This document shows positions 61,621-64,000 of a DNA stretch of 64,000 bases, one piece after another. Positions within the stretch are counted from its first letter, which is position 1. Every line of letters starts with the position of its first letter. Origin of the DNA: Parcubacteria group bacterium (GTDB lineage Bacteria; Patescibacteriota; Patescibacteriia; UBA1558; GWA2-36-10); NCBI GenBank assembly GCA_003104935.1, contig PQAE01000010.1, positions 77,768 through 141,767 on the forward strand. Reading direction: 5' to 3'. The position numbers and the translations under genes are program-made. A model generated the notes under the pieces. It was given only the letters and a program-made list of their open reading frames with translations. It had not been told where the DNA came from and made no database searches.

Positions 61621-63834
61621 ATGTCCAAACTTGTAATCGTCGAATCACCGACTAAAGCCAAAACCATCAAGGGTTTTTTGGGCCGGGATTATAAAGTAGA
61701 GTCTTCTTATGGTCATGTCCGCGACCTGCCGGTAAAAAAAATCGGTGTAGATATCGATAATAACTTTGAGCCGACCTATACCGTACCGACCAAGGCTAAA
61801 AAGGTGGTGGAAAAACTAAAAGACCTGGCCAAAGACGCCGAAGTAGTTTACTTTGCCACTGACGAAGACCGCGAAGGAGAAGCCATCAGCTGGCATTTGG
61901 AGCAACTTTTGGATGTAGCCAAAAAAAAGCAAAAAAGAATTGTTTTCCACGAGATTACAAAAAAAGCCATTGAAGCCGCCTTGGCTAACCCCCGAGATTT
62001 AGATTTAAAATTAGTGGACGCCCAACAAGCCCGCCGTATCCTGGACCGCCTAGTGGGTTATAAGCTTTCCCCGCTCCTCTGGAAAAAAGTAGCTAAAGGA
62101 TTATCCGCCGGCCGCGTGCAGTCCGTGGCGCTGCGCCTGATCGTGGAAAGAGAAAAGGAACGGGCCGATTTTAAAACCCAGGAATATTGGACGGTTGAAG
62201 GACTAGCAAAAAAAGATCACAAAAATTTTAAAATAGCCTTACATAAAGAAGGCGAAAAAATTCTGGGGAAATTTGATATTGACGAAGCCAAAGCTAAAAA
62301 AGCCGCCGGCGAAATCACCAAAGCTAAACTACTGGTAGCCGATGTCAAGGCTAAAGAAAATATCAAATCGCCTCTGCCACCGTTTATCACTTCTACCTTA
62401 CAGCAAGATGCTAACCGCCGCTTTGGCTATAGCGCCAAACAAACTATGATGATCGCCCAACAGCTCTATGAAGGCATCACCCTCGGCGAAGAGGGACCGG
62501 TCGGTTTGATCACCTATATGCGTACGGACTCGGTTAATCTGTCCGATGATTTTAAAACCGGTGTTTATGATTTTGTTAAAAATAAATTTGGGGCCGATTA
62601 TGCCATCTCCGGCGGCCGGGTTTTTAAGAAAAAATCCAAGCTAGCCCAGGAAGCGCACGAGGCCATTCGCCCGACCGAAGTAACCAATGATCCGGATAGC
62701 GTCAAAGCTTTTTTGGACAGCCGCCAACATAAAATCTATAGTTTGATCTGGCAGAGAGCTGTGGCTTCGCAAATGGCGGACAGCAAAACCGAAACCACCA
62801 CGGTGGCTATCGATGCCGTGAATACTCCCTGGCAACTCAAAGCCGTGGGTTCGGTGATAAAATTTGCCGGCTGGCAGACTATCTACCAGAGCAACGGCGA
62901 AGAAGAAGAATTGCCAGTCCTAAAAGTCGGCGATGAACCGAGGCTTATCAATATTGACCCACTGCAACATTTTACTACTCCGCCCGCCCGCTATAGCGAG
63001 GCCGGATTAGTCAAAGCCCTGGAAGCGCTAGGAATCGGCCGGCCATCAACCTATGCGCCGACGATCGCTACCATCATCGAGAGAAAATATGTGGAAAAAG
63101 AAGAAAAAAGATTAAAGCCAACCGAGATCGGCACTATCGTCACCAATTTGTTAGTAGAACATTTTGCCGAAATCGTGGATTATAATTTTACCGCCAAGAT
63201 GGAAGATGATTTGGATGAAATCGCTGACAAGGGCAAGCCCTGGCAACCGATTATCGCTGATTTTTACAAACCTTTTGCCAAAAATCTGGCTACCAAAGAA
63301 AAAGAACTGGACAAAAAAGAAATTACCGAAAAAAAATCCGACGAGATTTGCGACAAGTGCGGTCAGCCCATGGTGGAAAAATTGGGACGCTTTGGCCGCT
63401 TCTTAGCCTGCTCTAATTATCCGGAGTGTAAAAATACCAAGCCCCTGGATGAAAATGGCGAAGTGGCCGCTCCGGAAGTGACGGATGAAAAATGCCCCAA
63501 TTGCGGCCAGCCGATGATTTTCAAACAAGGTCGCTTTGGCCGCTTCTTAGCCTGCTCCAATTATCCGACCTGCAAAACGACAAAAAATGTGCAAAAAAGT
63601 CTGGGCGTCAAATGTCCGGTCTGCCAGGTAGGTGATATGGTAGAAAAGAAAACTAAGCGCGGCAAACCTTTTTATGCCTGCAATAAATATCCCGACTGCC
63701 AGCATGCGGTCTGGTCCAAACCGACCGGCGAACTCTGCCCGGACTGCGGCCAGCTCCTGCTCTATGCGGCTAAAAATAAAATCAAGTGTGAAAAATGCCG
63801 CTTTAGTAAAATGGCTGAACCCAAAGATGAATAA
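61621..63834 (+). CDS. topA: DNA topoisomerase I with C-terminal zinc ribbons
   Basis: Toprim MSKLVIVESPTKAKTI..., active-site region, and three C4 zinc ribbons (CDKCGQPM..., CPNCGQPM..., CPVCQVGD...). Confidence 0.95.
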   Translation: MSKLVIVESPTKAKTIKGFLGRDYKVESSYGHVRDLPVKKIGVDIDNNFEPTYTVPTKAKKVVEKLKDLAKDAEVVYFATDEDREGEAISWHLEQLLDVAKKKQKRIVFHEITKKAIEAALANPRDLDLKLVDAQQARRILDRLVGYKLSPLLWKKVAKGLSAGRVQSVALRLIVEREKERADFKTQEYWTVEGLAKKDHKNFKIALHKEGEKILGKFDIDEAKAKKAAGEITKAKLLVADVKAKENIKSPLPPFITSTLQQDANRRFGYSAKQTMMIAQQLYEGITLGEEGPVGLITYMRTDSVNLSDDFKTGVYDFVKNKFGADYAISGGRVFKKKSKLAQEAHEAIRPTEVTNDPDSVKAFLDSRQHKIYSLIWQRAVASQMADSKTETTTVAIDAVNTPWQLKAVGSVIKFAGWQTIYQSNGEEEELPVLKVGDEPRLINIDPLQHFTTPPARYSEAGLVKALEALGIGRPSTYAPTIATIIERKYVEKEEKRLKPTEIGTIVTNLLVEHFAEIVDYNFTAKMEDDLDEIADKGKPWQPIIADFYKPFAKNLATKEKELDKKEITEKKSDEICDKCGQPMVEKLGRFGRFLACSNYPECKNTKPLDENGEVAAPEVTDEKCPNCGQPMIFKQGRFGRFLACSNYPTCKTTKNVQKSLGVKCPVCQVGDMVEKKTKRGKPFYACNKYPDCQHAVWSKPTGELCPDCGQLLLYAAKNKIKCEKCRFSKMAEPKDE

Positions 63835-63840
63835 AACCCA

Positions 63841-63879
63841 AGCAGCGACCGATATGGTGGCTGCTTTTTATTTTACGCT
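63841..63879 (+). terminator. Intrinsic terminator downstream of topA
   Basis: AGCAGC-gaccgatatggtg-GCTGCT followed by TTTTTATTTT. Confidence 0.65.
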
Positions 63880-63919
63880 TGCCATTTTGAGGCCCAAATA
63901 CTAAGATGATAGTGAGCCT

Positions 63920-64000
63920 ATGATAACTTTTGAAGACTTAAAAAGAGAACTAGCCATAAATTATGGTGACCGTGATATTAATCTGGTGATCAAAGCTTTT
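63920..64000 (+). CDS. RelA/SpoT-family (p)ppGpp synthetase/hydrolase, 5' fragment (continues beyond window)
   Basis: MITFEDLKRELAINYGDRDINLVIKAF resembles RelA/SpoT N-termini (..DI.LI.KAY). Only 27 codons lie in the window. Confidence 0.45.
   Translation, partial: MITFEDLKRELAINYGDRDINLVIKAF

Overview
This 64 kb window is a gene-dense housekeeping region of a small-genome bacterium, roughly 45% GC judged by eye. Almost every gene sits on the minus strand. Recognisable contents are: rpsU and hisS; lepB; an LCP-family protein; der and pth; the secE-nusG-rplK-rplA block; a ZnuBC-like ABC transporter; gyrB; pheST; a UvrD-type helicase fused to an Fe-S RecB-family nuclease; a complete F1Fo ATP synthase operon (atpZ-B-E-F-H-A-G-D-C) with a consensus promoter; rmuC, tatD, cvpA, metG, rsmI; a glycyl-tRNA synthetase (alpha2 type); a ClpC-like AAA+ protein; a type IV pilin; tgt, recO; a eukaryote-like (type 2) ileS; a small MerR-family gene; and dprA, a folC-like gene, topA and the 5' start of a relA/spoT-like gene. 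No tRNA, rRNA or CRISPR array was recognised. Several surface, membrane and secreted proteins of unknown function are present. Type-2 IleRS, many orphan envelope proteins, a pilin and a streamlined gene set are compatible with a Patescibacteria/CPR-like organism, but that is an inference only. The features that most warrant follow-up are: (i) a compositionally distinct ~3.5 kb accessory block (25.4-29.0 kb) carrying a secreted beta-propeller hydrolase with MopE-type Cys repeats, a GC-rich small secreted protein and a GC-rich copy of a tandem beta-carbonic-anhydrase-like pair; (ii) three intergenic repeat families, namely a C-run/G-run hairpin element (5 copies), a CCCGTTAGAAATTTCTAACGGG palindrome (3 loci) and an AU-rich TTAGTTAAAAGT motif at gene starts that lack a Shine-Dalgarno sequence, plus a 132-nt nested palindrome and a ~260-nt cluster of >=8 hairpins; (iii) a duplicated leader element in front of both rplK and rplA, which looks like an L1 autoregulatory site; (iv) a membrane-anchored, Zn-ribbon-bearing ClpC-like protein whose first ATPase domain is degenerate; (v) a large surface protein with three internal repeats that sits where ZnuA would be expected. 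Nothing was computed; every call rests on reading the sequence and the supplied ORF translations.
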